From a virus (taxonomy: Duplodnaviria; Caudoviricetes), in the IMG/VR virus record IMGVR_UViG_3300042891_001963, positions 3,964 to 67,963 of that record: DNA of 64,000 nucleotides; one strand, given 5' to 3'. The position numbers were made by a program, and so were the translations under genes. Of this stretch, positions 40,252 through 49,990 are shown piece after piece. A model generated the notes under the pieces. That model was not told the origin of the DNA. It worked only from the letters and a program-made list of their open reading frames with translations, and searched no databases. Position 1 is the stretch's first letter, and every line of letters starts with the position of its first letter.

Positions 40252-41535
40252 ATGAAGAATCTTAAACTTGAGTTATTTAACTTCAAAAAGGACCTTACTC
40301 TTGACCAGGAGGAAGTTTCTGTGATAGTTGAGGGACATATGAATGCTTGTAATGAGTTATCAGAAAAGCAAATAATAGTTTCTCTTAACGAAAGACTTAA
40401 ACCATACACTTATGATAAAAGCGTTAAGTCTCTATTAGAGAATCTTAATGATGATATGAAAAATTATGAGTTATTATATGAATTAAAAAATTTATATAAT
40501 GTTCTTAATTCTAAGAATCAAGGTGAACTTTACAGACAACCATTAAACGTTGTTCTTCAAACAATTAATTTGGAAACTGACCAAGATAGAATGTCTAAAA
40601 TTCTTAATGAGTTAGCAGTTTATGACTGGGTTCCTGAAGTTAAGTTATTCGTTCATAATTTAACAAAATCACCAGAAAAAAGAACAAATCTTTTAAGTGG
40701 TGGTAAAGCAGAATCTACATTCACTATTGTTGAACAAGTAGAAGATGGTCACGTTGCTTTAGTTAAAGATTCATGGTTCTTATTATCTGAAAATACAATT
40801 GAAAAAACATTATTAGAAAATCACGTTAAAGATGAAGAATCTTTAAAATCTTTAAGAATGTTAGAAACGGCAATGAAATATGCTCAAGTTACAGAAGACA
40901 GAGTTAACTTCAGAATTTCTGAATACTTAACAATCGGTCTTGCAGTTGGTAAAAAATCTGGTCTATTTATCAATGATGACGAAATGAACGAAGAAACAAC
41001 ATTAGAGTCTTTATTCTCTTCTCCAATCGTTCCAATCGTTAATAAAAATTTCTACCCTATTTTATTAGAAGTTTCTAAAAACTTAGATAAATTTGTAGAA
41101 TTAGATGTTGTTAAAAGAGTTAACAACTTAATCAATCCTTACTTAGAATTATTTGCTTTCAATTACAAAAACAATACTTTTGTTTACAGATGTGATGAAA
41201 GATATGGTAACTCATTCTTCAAATACGAATCAGCTTTAGAATTAGTAAACGAAGTAAGAAACGAATTAAACTATGATTTAACTTATTTCTTTGAAAATAA
41301 ATTAGATAAAGAATTAATCGTTAAGAGAAAATTAGAAGACAAAGAAAGAGAAATCACTTTGAAACTTGAAGATGTTAATTTTAACATTTCTAAAGTTAAA
41401 GGTTCTATCCAAATGATTGGTGAATCAGAAGTTTTAACTACAGCTCTTAAAAACTTAGAGAAAAGAAGAGAAAACTTAGATACTGAATTACAAGCTACTA
41501 AGGAACTTCAATATAACGAAAGAATTAAACTTTAA
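40252..41535 (+). CDS. Hypothetical helical protein, possible head-core component
   Basis: Several LNE/LLE sites, C-terminal coiled coil, late motif upstream. Confidence 0.6.
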   Translation: MKNLKLELFNFKKDLTLDQEEVSVIVEGHMNACNELSEKQIIVSLNERLKPYTYDKSVKSLLENLNDDMKNYELLYELKNLYNVLNSKNQGELYRQPLNVVLQTINLETDQDRMSKILNELAVYDWVPEVKLFVHNLTKSPEKRTNLLSGGKAESTFTIVEQVEDGHVALVKDSWFLLSENTIEKTLLENHVKDEESLKSLRMLETAMKYAQVTEDRVNFRISEYLTIGLAVGKKSGLFINDDEMNEETTLESLFSSPIVPIVNKNFYPILLEVSKNLDKFVELDVVKRVNNLINPYLELFAFNYKNNTFVYRCDERYGNSFFKYESALELVNEVRNELNYDLTYFFENKLDKELIVKRKLEDKEREITLKLEDVNFNISKVKGSIQMIGESEVLTTALKNLEKRRENLDTELQATKELQYNERIKL

Positions 41536-41549
41536 TACTTAATATTAAT

Positions 41550-41582
41550 AAAAATCCTCAAAGAAATTTGAGGATTTTTTTT
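41550..41582 (+). terminator. Intrinsic terminator
   Basis: aaaatcctcaaa-gaaa-tttgaggatttt. Confidence 0.75.
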
Positions 41583-41588
41583 ATTATA

Positions 41589-41617
41589 TAAACTTTTTCA
41601 TGATGCATGTATATAAC
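41589..41617 (+). promoter_or_regulatory. Putative middle promoter upstream of late sigma
   Basis: TAAACTTT-N15-TATAAC. Confidence 0.5.
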
Positions 41618-41676
41618 ATGAAAGCATGAAACAAAGGTGTCTATTCCTAGAAACCTTAAAAAAATAAGTATTATGA

Positions 41677-42042
41677 ATGTACCTAAACAATAAAGACTTA
41701 TACATTGAAGTTATCGTATCAAAAGCACAAGGCAAACTAACAAGAAATGCAGAGAAAATGTTAGAACTTCTTGCCAAAAAAACAATTAAAAAAATGAGAT
41801 ATTGGTCTAATGACGATAAGTTAGACTGTTACCAATCAGGACTATTAGATATGTTCCAAAACTGGTATAATTTCAACGAAGATAAATCAGTAAATGCGTT
41901 CGCATACTTTACCGAGGTATTCAAAAGAGGAATCGCTAAGGGTTATAACGAACTTTATAAAAAGAAAGGTGATAACGAACACTTAATCAAATTAATCTCA
42001 ATTGAAGGTTCAAATGATGGACAAGGACTTCACTCACTTTAA
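41677..42042 (+). CDS. gp55: Late-transcription sigma factor (gp55-like)
   Basis: YLNNKDLY...WYNFNEDKSVNAFAYFT. Confidence 0.8.
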   Translation: MYLNNKDLYIEVIVSKAQGKLTRNAEKMLELLAKKTIKKMRYWSNDDKLDCYQSGLLDMFQNWYNFNEDKSVNAFAYFTEVFKRGIAKGYNELYKKKGDNEHLIKLISIEGSNDGQGLHSL

Positions 42043-42178
42043 TATAAAAACATTTGATATAGTTATGACACCAGCATTTAGTGCTAGTATCATACCTATA
42101 ACTATATTTCCTTCAAGACAGAAAAGACGAAAGGAGAAAATTCAAAACATCTTTAAAATAAAAAATCCACTCAATTGA
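42014..42178 (+). CDS. Small ORF missing from the ORF track (54 aa) with RRKEKIQNIF tag
   Basis: MMDKDFTHFNIKTFDIVMTPAFSASIIPITIFPSRQKRRKEKIQNIFKIKNPLN; alternative start 42065. Confidence 0.4.
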   Translation: MMDKDFTHFNIKTFDIVMTPAFSASIIPITIFPSRQKRRKEKIQNIFKIKNPLN

Positions 42179-42188
42179 GTGGATTTTT
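42161..42188. terminator. Bidirectional terminator
   Basis: aaaaatccactcaattgagtggattttt. Confidence 0.8.
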
Positions 42189-42206
42189 ACTTTATAATCA
42201 TTTATG

Positions 42207-43301
42207 TTATGCTTCTGTTGAAACCTCAACTTCAGAATAAACTGTTTGTAACATTCTAAGTGATACTTGGTAAGGATCGCAGTTAGAAGCAGGTCTTCTA
42301 TCTTCAAAATAACCTTTGCCTTCAACAATTGCTTGAGCTGGAATTCTGATAGATGTATCTCTTGTAGAGAAACCGTAACTGAATTCATTGATACTTGATG
42401 TCTCATGAGCACCAGTTAATCTTTGGTCATTGTGTAATCCATAAACAGCAATGTGTTCTTTTTGGAATTTTTCTAATTTAACCATAGTTTCTTTGATGAT
42501 GTCTAATCCACCTTCTTCTCTCATTTCTTTAGTAGAGAAGTTAACGTGGCAACCTGTTCCGTTCCAGTCACCTTTTAATGGTTTAGGATGTAAAGAAACT
42601 TTAACATTGTACTTTTCAGCAACTCTTTGTAATAGATAACGAGAAACCCATAATTGGTCAGAACCTTCTAAAGCAGTAACCGGTCCAATTTGATACTCCC
42701 ATTGTCCTAAAAGAACTTCAGCGTTAATACCAGAGATATCTAAACCAATTTCCATACACATATTCATATGTTCTTCAACAATGTCTCTACCAACTACGTT
42801 ATCAGAGCCGATACCACAGTAGTAGTCACCTTGAGGTCTTGGTGATTTATTTGAATCTAAAGTAAATCCTAAAGGAATACCTTCGCCTGAACCAAATGGA
42901 ATCATTGGCTTGTGTGTAAGAGTGTATTCTTGTTCCCAGCCAAACCAAGGAAGTTCTAATTTGTCGCCAGAACTAACACCTAACTCATTCACTTTTTTAG
43001 CTAAAGCTCTTCTGTTATTTGTTTCATGTGTTGATCCGTCTGGATTAAGAACTTCACAGAAAACTAATTTGTTTGTTCCTTTTCTAAAAGGATCATAAGT
43101 TACAAATACAGGTCTTAGTAAACAGTCGGTATTTTTACCTTTACCTGCCTGAGCTTGTAATGTTGAACTTCCATCAAAAGACCATACTGGATAGTCAGCT
43201 GGATTCATTGAATTAATTTCCGAAGCAATTTTAGTTTTACTTCTAATTTGTTGAGGCTTAGAACCATCAAGCCAAATGTACTCTAATTTGGTATTATTCA
43301 T
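42207..43301 (-). CDS. glnII: Glutamine synthetase type II
   Basis: LEYIWLDG, WSFDGSST, EQEY, INAEV..GQWEYQ, HPKP..GDWNGTGCH, RLTGAHET, YFEDRRP. Confidence 0.93.
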   Translation of the reverse strand: MNNTKLEYIWLDGSKPQQIRSKTKIASEINSMNPADYPVWSFDGSSTLQAQAGKGKNTDCLLRPVFVTYDPFRKGTNKLVFCEVLNPDGSTHETNNRRALAKKVNELGVSSGDKLELPWFGWEQEYTLTHKPMIPFGSGEGIPLGFTLDSNKSPRPQGDYYCGIGSDNVVGRDIVEEHMNMCMEIGLDISGINAEVLLGQWEYQIGPVTALEGSDQLWVSRYLLQRVAEKYNVKVSLHPKPLKGDWNGTGCHVNFSTKEMREEGGLDIIKETMVKLEKFQKEHIAVYGLHNDQRLTGAHETSSINEFSYGFSTRDTSIRIPAQAIVEGKGYFEDRRPASNCDPYQVSLRMLQTVYSEVEVSTEA

Positions 43302-43383
43302 AAATGATTTGTTTTTTTTATTTTATATATTTTGCTAAACTTTGTTTAACATTATTACTAAAATAAATACAAAATTTAAAAAA

Positions 43384-43689
43384 ATGAATAAAGTATTTTT
43401 ACAACTTTGGGAAGAATCTAACACCGAAGAAGGATTTCTTAGTGATGGGTGTTCATTGCATATAAATTTAAAAGAAAGAGATATTTTTGTTACCTCTATT
43501 TATAGGGGAAGAGATATTTCATTAGTTCCTAATCAATATGATAGAATTGTTGGAGAATGTATAGAAGTTTTTGTAGAAGATAAGCTATATAATATGATAC
43601 TTAATGATAAGAGTGTTAAACTTCCTGAAAACTCTTTTCAAAATTTGTTAAAATTTGAAGAAATAATCTTTAACGAAGCCACTATATGA
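43384..43689 (+). CDS. Hypothetical protein
   Basis: ORF after a TAAACTTT-N15-TAAAAT motif. Confidence 0.7.
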   Translation: MNKVFLQLWEESNTEEGFLSDGCSLHINLKERDIFVTSIYRGRDISLVPNQYDRIVGECIEVFVEDKLYNMILNDKSVKLPENSFQNLLKFEEIIFNEATI

Positions 43690-44030
43690 TAATTCTATTT
43701 TATTTAATATCAATTTTATTTGCTCTGAATGAGATTTATTATGTTTTTAATAAATCAAAATTAGATACTAACTTTAAAAACTTAGATGTTAAATCATCAA
43801 CTAAGTTAGATATAGCTCATTACTTATTAAGAATTATGTTTTGGGTTTGGATGATTGTAGGTATTTGGTCTTCACAATCAAATCTGTTTATATTTCTAAC
43901 AATTTTACATTTATTTAGATTTCCATTTTACCATTTAAGTAGAAGACTTTATATAATTTGGACTAATATTCTACCAAGTATATCTTTTATCTTTATACTT
44001 ATAATACTGATTTTTAAAATTAAAGGTTAA
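43686..44030 (+). CDS. Small multi-pass membrane protein
   Basis: Three to four hydrophobic segments. Confidence 0.65.
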   Translation: MIILFYLISILFALNEIYYVFNKSKLDTNFKNLDVKSSTKLDIAHYLLRIMFWVWMIVGIWSSQSNLFIFLTILHLFRFPFYHLSRRLYIIWTNILPSISFIFILIILIFKIKG

Positions 44031-44547
44031 ACTTCTTTAGATGTTGTTCAGTGATAATGATGAACTCAAAACCTTTCTTATTACACCAGTTAATCATTGT
44101 TTCCCATTTGTTCTTATTCTTGTAAGCCATTTTAAGGTCATATTCAAAGTTTTTTAACTTCTTCATTCCATTCTCAGGAACGACCAGATTGCCTTCATTT
44201 AAGTCTTGAACCATCTTGTACTCTTTGAACGGTTTAACCTCTACAACAACTTGTTTAAGTACTCCTTCAGAGTTTCTCATCTCATAGTAGAAGTCAGGAT
44301 AATAACAATGTTCTTTTACTTTAGTATCACCGTTGTCAAAGTGTGTCATTTGATAAGGTATTCTCATACACTCAGCACCCCATTTAGTGATAGTTTTATT
44401 ATTATCTAACCAAGTCATTATCTTCTTTTCCCAAGAACTTCTATAGTAAACACCACCTTGAGTGTTTAATTTAATTACTTTGTCTTTGTATTTCGGTATA
44501 TAGTTACCTTGATTATAGTTGGCGTTATTTGGTTTTGAATTTAACAT
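44020..44547 (-). CDS. gp4: Head completion nuclease (gp4-like, TnsA fold)
   Basis: YRSSWE, W.AE...IPY, YYPDF, VEVKP, KW...C...F.IITE. Confidence 0.85.
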   Translation of the reverse strand: MLNSKPNNANYNQGNYIPKYKDKVIKLNTQGGVYYRSSWEKKIMTWLDNNKTITKWGAECMRIPYQMTHFDNGDTKVKEHCYYPDFYYEMRNSEGVLKQVVVEVKPFKEYKMVQDLNEGNLVVPENGMKKLKNFEYDLKMAYKNKNKWETMINWCNKKGFEFIIITEQHLKKFNL

Positions 44548-44591
44548 ACCTTGGATTAGTTTATTTTATATATAAAAGAAAACAGATTTCC

Positions 44592-45287
44592 ATGGGAGAA
44601 TTAGTAGATAGAATCGGTATTAGAATGTTGGTTGATGGTGATGGTTTAGCTGATAACTTCAAAAACAACTCACTATATTTTTATGAAAAATATCAAAAGT
44701 CTGATGATAAAGTAACTTCAGTTGATGTTAGTAGTATTCTACCCGGTGGTTTTTATCACTTTCACTATTTAGATGATTCTAATTGGATGATGTATTCACC
44801 TGTATTTGTTACTAATTTTAAAAAGATATCAAATCAAATAATAATATTTGGAGTTAATTTTAATTTTATACCGTTAGAAGTAAGAGCTTATTTATTTGAT
44901 AATTTTATGATAGAAGAAGATTTTGAAAAGGATAGATTACTAAAAGTTGATTATGAAGGTATGTATTCTGAATTAATTAAATATGGCTTTGAATATGCTT
45001 TAGTTGAATATAATGCTATTCAAATAAAATTAGTTCATAAAATAAGTGTAGAAACAGTACCAAGATTTTTAATTGCGGCTCATCCTAAGAATAAATATGA
45101 CCCTGGTAAGTTATTTGATATATGGAAAGCTAAGATAGGTGATAAGAGTAAACGAAATCAAGAGATAATGAAGTCTATGATAGATGACTTTTATGATGTG
45201 AGAGGTCAGATTAATGAAAAATATGTTTTACTCAAGGATCATATTAAAAGAATACAAAATAGTGCGAAAAAATATGGTGGTAAATAA
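44592..45287 (+). CDS. DNA end protector-like protein (gp2-like)
   Basis: PGGFYHFHY...P.F...GVNFNFIPLEVR; divergent from gp4. Confidence 0.55.
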   Translation: MGELVDRIGIRMLVDGDGLADNFKNNSLYFYEKYQKSDDKVTSVDVSSILPGGFYHFHYLDDSNWMMYSPVFVTNFKKISNQIIIFGVNFNFIPLEVRAYLFDNFMIEEDFEKDRLLKVDYEGMYSELIKYGFEYALVEYNAIQIKLVHKISVETVPRFLIAAHPKNKYDPGKLFDIWKAKIGDKSKRNQEIMKSMIDDFYDVRGQINEKYVLLKDHIKRIQNSAKKYGGK

Positions 45288-45320
45288 ATAATATATACAC
45301 TATAAAAATTATAATTCTAA

Positions 45321-45794
45321 ATGAAACATTTAAGAAAATTTGAAGAACTTGATTATTCTACATATATGAGTGCTGCTGATAAGTTAGCTTCTTATGGACA
45401 AACTGATAGAGCTAAAGAGATTAGATCTCATGCAGTTGATATGTCTAGAAAAGAAATTGATAGTATGACTTTTGGTATATTAGTTGGTAATGTTAGACCA
45501 TTTCCAGATGCTAAATTTACCAGCTTAGATATATTCAAGTCTGGTAGTGGTTGGATTATGAATTCTGTATTTCAATCAGGTAATAATACACATAAAGTAA
45601 CTTCATCTGTTTCTCCTACAGGAGATATAACCTGGATGGAAGGTAATAAATTTTTAGATAGAAAATCTGTTTTGAATTTTCAAAAAATGATAGTTAAACT
45701 GTGTGAATCACAAGATGATTTACAATCATTCTTATCAGAGAATGGATTAGCTCCAGAGAATTTGAAACCTGTTCTGAGAACGTTCTATGTATAA
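45321..45794 (+). CDS. Hypothetical protein with CTS-like N-terminus
   Basis: MKHLRKFEE. Confidence 0.7.
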   Translation: MKHLRKFEELDYSTYMSAADKLASYGQTDRAKEIRSHAVDMSRKEIDSMTFGILVGNVRPFPDAKFTSLDIFKSGSGWIMNSVFQSGNNTHKVTSSVSPTGDITWMEGNKFLDRKSVLNFQKMIVKLCESQDDLQSFLSENGLAPENLKPVLRTFYV

Positions 45795-45865
45795 TACTCT
45801 AAGTGAAACCTACAATAAAATGTAGGTTTTCTTTTTTAATAGTGTTTTGGAGGAAGATTAAAAAT

Positions 45866-45875
45866 TTAATATATA
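45866..45875 (+). promoter_or_regulatory. Putative late promoter of portal gene
   Basis: TTAATATATA. Confidence 0.65.
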
Positions 45876-45899
45876 AACGAAATACTTATTTTAAAATAA

Positions 45900-47603
45900 A
45901 TGGCATCTTATAATCAATTTAACGCTGGTTCTGGTCAAAATAATTTCACCTACACTAATAGTGCTGTTGAAAATAAAGGACTTTTTAATAGAATTTTAAG
46001 AGGTTTATCATCTTATGGTATGAACTATGATGATATGATTGTTAGAAATCAAGTTGGTATTGGTATCAATGAAGATCCATTTGCGGCTAGAGGAAATTCA
46101 ATGTATGACTTCTTTTCACAAAGAGCTGTAGCTTCTGTATTAAATAGAAAGTCAATTCCTTATTTAGATAAAGCATATGCTGATAAAAGAAGAATTCTAA
46201 GAGAGTATTCAATTAAAGATGAGATTAGAGATTTTGTTAGTTCTTTAGCAGATGAAAGTATTGTTTATAATGATGAAAGAGATTTCTGTTCACCTAAGCC
46301 ATTAGGTAATGATTATTCACAAGAGATTAAAGATAAGTATCAAGAGTATTTTGAAAAAATTTATAATAAGTTTGGATTCTCTGATAGTATCACGGCTTGG
46401 AATATGATGAAGGATTTCCTTATTGATGGATATATCGCTTTAGAAATTATCTATGATGATAAGAAAAAGAATATTATTGGTTTTAATAGATTAAGACCAG
46501 ATACTTTAGTTCCAGCATTTGAACCAACTATTGGTCACTTATGGATTCAGTTTCCTGAAGATCCTCAATTAAGAAGAATCTTCTTAGATTCTCAGCTAGT
46601 TTATATTTCATATTCTACTCAAAATGATTATTCAGAAACATCTTATGTAGAAGGTTTAATTAAACCTTATAACCAATTAAAAATTCTTGAGCAAACAAGA
46701 GTAATGTTTAACATTATTAATGCTACAGTTTATCAAAAGTTTACTATTCCTATTAAAGGTTTATCAAGACAAAGAGCTGAAGAACAAATTGGTCAATTAA
46801 TCAATGATTATTCAGAAGAAGTTGAATGGGATGATTCATTGGGTACATTAACTATTAATGGTGCTAAACACTTGCCTTATAACAAACAAATTTGGTTTCC
46901 TGAAGGAGATGCTGGTACACCAGCTATGGAATTAGTTTCACCTGAAGGACACAACTTAAATGAATCAGATATGTTGACTTGGTTCTACAATGCTCTAAAA
47001 AGAGCTTCTAAGATTCCTTTTCAACGTTTTGATAAAGAAAATGGTGGTGGTAACTTAATTAATGACTCGGCTGATATGACGAGAGATGAGATTAAATTCT
47101 ACAACTTTATTAATAGATTAAGAGCTAACTTTAAAGAACTTATTGTTAAGCCTTTGAAATTACAAATGTTAATTGAATTTCCTGAGTTAAAAGATGATGA
47201 GGTTTTAGTAAATCAAATTGATATTAACTTTAACTCTAATCAAGTATTTGAAGAGTGGAAAAAATTAAATAACTTAGCTAAGAAAGCCGAAATCTTTGGT
47301 ACATTAGTTGGTGTTATGAATGGTGAGAAACCTTACTTCCATATTGAGTACTTAATTGATAATGTATTTAAATTAACTCCAGAAGAAAAAGCTGAAAATC
47401 AGAAATACTGGGCTAAAGATGCTGCTGGTGTTGCCGCTGGTGGTGCTGAAGCCGGTGCCGCTGGTGGTGCTGAAGGTGGTGAAGGTGGTGACGCCGCGCC
47501 TGCTGAAGGTGGTGAAGCCGCGCCGGAAGCTCAAGCCGCACCTGAGGCACAAGCCGCCCCTGAAACTCCTCCTGCTGAAGGTGGTGAAGAATTTGAATTC
47601 TAA
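45900..47603 (+). CDS. gp20: Portal protein
   Basis: FLIDG, LIKPYNQLKILE, WFP, ASKIPFQRF, TRDEIKF..FINRLR. Confidence 0.92.
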   Translation: MASYNQFNAGSGQNNFTYTNSAVENKGLFNRILRGLSSYGMNYDDMIVRNQVGIGINEDPFAARGNSMYDFFSQRAVASVLNRKSIPYLDKAYADKRRILREYSIKDEIRDFVSSLADESIVYNDERDFCSPKPLGNDYSQEIKDKYQEYFEKIYNKFGFSDSITAWNMMKDFLIDGYIALEIIYDDKKKNIIGFNRLRPDTLVPAFEPTIGHLWIQFPEDPQLRRIFLDSQLVYISYSTQNDYSETSYVEGLIKPYNQLKILEQTRVMFNIINATVYQKFTIPIKGLSRQRAEEQIGQLINDYSEEVEWDDSLGTLTINGAKHLPYNKQIWFPEGDAGTPAMELVSPEGHNLNESDMLTWFYNALKRASKIPFQRFDKENGGGNLINDSADMTRDEIKFYNFINRLRANFKELIVKPLKLQMLIEFPELKDDEVLVNQIDINFNSNQVFEEWKKLNNLAKKAEIFGTLVGVMNGEKPYFHIEYLIDNVFKLTPEEKAENQKYWAKDAAGVAAGGAEAGAAGGAEGGEGGDAAPAEGGEAAPEAQAAPEAQAAPETPPAEGGEEFEF

Positions 47604-47619
47604 AACTTACTATAAAAAG

Positions 47620-47649
47620 AAAAACCTCTCAAATTTGAGAGGTTTTTTT
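47620..47649. terminator. Bidirectional terminator
   Basis: aaaaacctctcaaatttgagaggttttt. Confidence 0.8.
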
Positions 47650-48097
47650 ATGCTGTCATTTTTGGATATATGAAGTAAAAAGATTTGACTTGATTATCTA
47701 CTATATTCTGTCTGAGTTCTAGTTCAAGTCCTGATTCAATTAGTTCTCTTATAATCTTACCCCATTCGGTAGTCATTGTTTTAATTGTTATTTCTAATTC
47801 TAAAACATTATTTCCTTTGAGTATAAACTTCATAAACTTTATGACTGATGATGCTTTTTTAAGCACTTCAAAGTCGTCTGTGTCATCAACAAAAACATTT
47901 ACATACATAACACCGTGAGCATGACCTGATATATCTAAAGTAAACTCAATCTTTTTATCTTCTAAAATAGAGTTTAGTTTAATCTCTCTTTTATATTGAG
48001 ACCAATTATTAAAATTAGATAATAATTTCTCGTACTGTTCCAAGGTATTATTATCTAATTCAATATTAAAAGATTTTGTTACACTATGACCATCCAT
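47648..48097 (-). CDS. Degenerate prohead-protease-like protein with KREIKLNSIL tag
   Basis: Aligns by eye to resident gp21 (GV.Y, AS.II, T.WGK...L...G) but lacks DHP and SSR. Confidence 0.55.
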   Translation of the reverse strand: MDGHSVTKSFNIELDNNTLEQYEKLLSNFNNWSQYKREIKLNSILEDKKIEFTLDISGHAHGVMYVNVFVDDTDDFEVLKKASSVIKFMKFILKGNNVLELEITIKTMTTEWGKIIRELIESGLELELRQNIVDNQVKSFYFIYPKMTA

Positions 48098-49975
48098 TTA
48101 CAATAAAGTAAAATCTATTTGTTTTCTTTCTAAGTCTACTGACTTAACTACAACTTTAAGAGGATCTCCTAATCTGATTTTATCACCATTTTCACTTGTT
48201 ATGGTGTAGTTGTTTGTATCAGCTGACCATTTACCTTCAAGTGATTGATATCTAACCATACCTTCACATTTACTTTCAACCAATTCAACATACATACCCC
48301 AATCAGTTACACCAGAAACGATGCCATCAAATACTTTTCCAATCTTATCTAAAAGATATTCAGCTTGTTTGTATTTAATTGAATCTCTTTGAGCTTTAGC
48401 CGCTACTAATTCTCTAGCAGAACACCATTTAGCTTGTTCTTCAATCTTACCAGGATTACCTTGAGATTTCTTATCTAAGAAATCAAGTAAAATTCTATGT
48501 GTGATTAAATCAGGATATCTACGAATAGGTGAAGTAAAGTGAGAATAGTGAGTAAATCCTAAACCATAGTGACCTATGTTCTTGATTGTATAAGTAGCTT
48601 TAGACATACATCTAGTAACTAAGGTTTCAATCATATTTTCCTCAGGAGTTTCTTTAATCTCTTTTAATAAATTGTTTAAAGTCTTTTTAATCTCAGTGGA
48701 ATCATCATATATTTCTATATCATATCCAAAAGTTTTACAAACACCAACTAAAGCATTTAACTTTTCCATATTTGGAGTATCGTGAACTCTATACACATTT
48801 GCCCAACTAGCATCTGATAAAGTTTTAGCAACTGACTTATTAGCCAATAACATAAACTCTTCAATTAACTTGTTAGCTTCTTTTTGTTCTTTGAAATAAA
48901 CACCAATTGGTTTCTTATTATCTGGTGCTAATTTGAATCTAACTTCAATACCACCCATCTCAATAGAACCTTCTTTGATTCTTTTCTTTCTAATCTTTTT
49001 TGCTAAAGTATCAAGTAATCTAATTTCAGTTGAATAATCACCATCACTTCCTTCAATAATTTCTTGAGCTTCTTCATAAGCATATCTTCTATCAGAGTGA
49101 ATAACTGTTTTACCTTGCCAAGTATTTAAGATATTACCATCTGAGTCTAAAGTAAAGATAACAGAGAAAGCCAATCTATCTTCGTGTGGTTTCAATGAAC
49201 ATATACCATTACTTAAACGTTCTGGTAACATTGGTACACATCTATCAACTAAATACACTGATGTGGCTCTTTTGAAAGCTTCATCATCTAATTTAGTTCC
49301 TGGTTTAACATAGTGACCTACGTCAGCAATGTGAACTCCTACTTCAATTTTATTATTAACAATATTGACTGAGAGAGCATCATCAAAATCTTTAGCATCA
49401 ACTGGGTCAATAGTTAAAGTAGTGATACCTCTCATATCTTTACGAGATTTAATTTCTTTTTCACTAATAACTTCGGGTACTAAGAAAGATTCATTAATAA
49501 CATCTTGTGGAAATTCAATAGGCAATCCATACTCAATCATAATTGAGTTCATTTCTGTGTTATTATCTCCAGAATCTCCTAAAACTCTTGTGATTTTTCC
49601 TTGTGGTGATTTTGAGTCTTCCCACTTTACTAATTCTACTACAACCTTTTGGTCGTGTTCTGCTTTTAATCCACCTTTAATATAAAAGTCAACAGGTACT
49701 TTATTACTATCCGGAACAACAAATATTGTTTTCTTTCCTATTTGTACTCTACCGACATACTCAGTCTTAAATCTTGAAACAACTTCAATGACTTTTCCTT
49801 CTAGTTTTCTTTCAGCTTGAAATATTTGAACTTTTACTTTATCTAAGTGTAATGAGTTAGCTGTGTGTTTCTTGTAAATGAAGATTTCTATATCTTCTAC
49901 TGCTAATGATGCGTTACCGTTTGTTGAGAACTCAATCTGACCTTCGTAAACATCACCTTCTTTTAATTTTATCAT
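48098..49975 (-). CDS. rnr: Ribonuclease R (RNB family)
   Basis: TIDPVDAKDFDDALS, HIADV, EEFMLLAN, HFTSPIRRYPDL, C-terminal S1. Confidence 0.95.
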   Translation of the reverse strand: MIKLKEGDVYEGQIEFSTNGNASLAVEDIEIFIYKKHTANSLHLDKVKVQIFQAERKLEGKVIEVVSRFKTEYVGRVQIGKKTIFVVPDSNKVPVDFYIKGGLKAEHDQKVVVELVKWEDSKSPQGKITRVLGDSGDNNTEMNSIMIEYGLPIEFPQDVINESFLVPEVISEKEIKSRKDMRGITTLTIDPVDAKDFDDALSVNIVNNKIEVGVHIADVGHYVKPGTKLDDEAFKRATSVYLVDRCVPMLPERLSNGICSLKPHEDRLAFSVIFTLDSDGNILNTWQGKTVIHSDRRYAYEEAQEIIEGSDGDYSTEIRLLDTLAKKIRKKRIKEGSIEMGGIEVRFKLAPDNKKPIGVYFKEQKEANKLIEEFMLLANKSVAKTLSDASWANVYRVHDTPNMEKLNALVGVCKTFGYDIEIYDDSTEIKKTLNNLLKEIKETPEENMIETLVTRCMSKATYTIKNIGHYGLGFTHYSHFTSPIRRYPDLITHRILLDFLDKKSQGNPGKIEEQAKWCSARELVAAKAQRDSIKYKQAEYLLDKIGKVFDGIVSGVTDWGMYVELVESKCEGMVRYQSLEGKWSADTNNYTITSENGDKIRLGDPLKVVVKSVDLERKQIDFTLL

Positions 49976-49990
49976 ATATGAGTATTCTAT

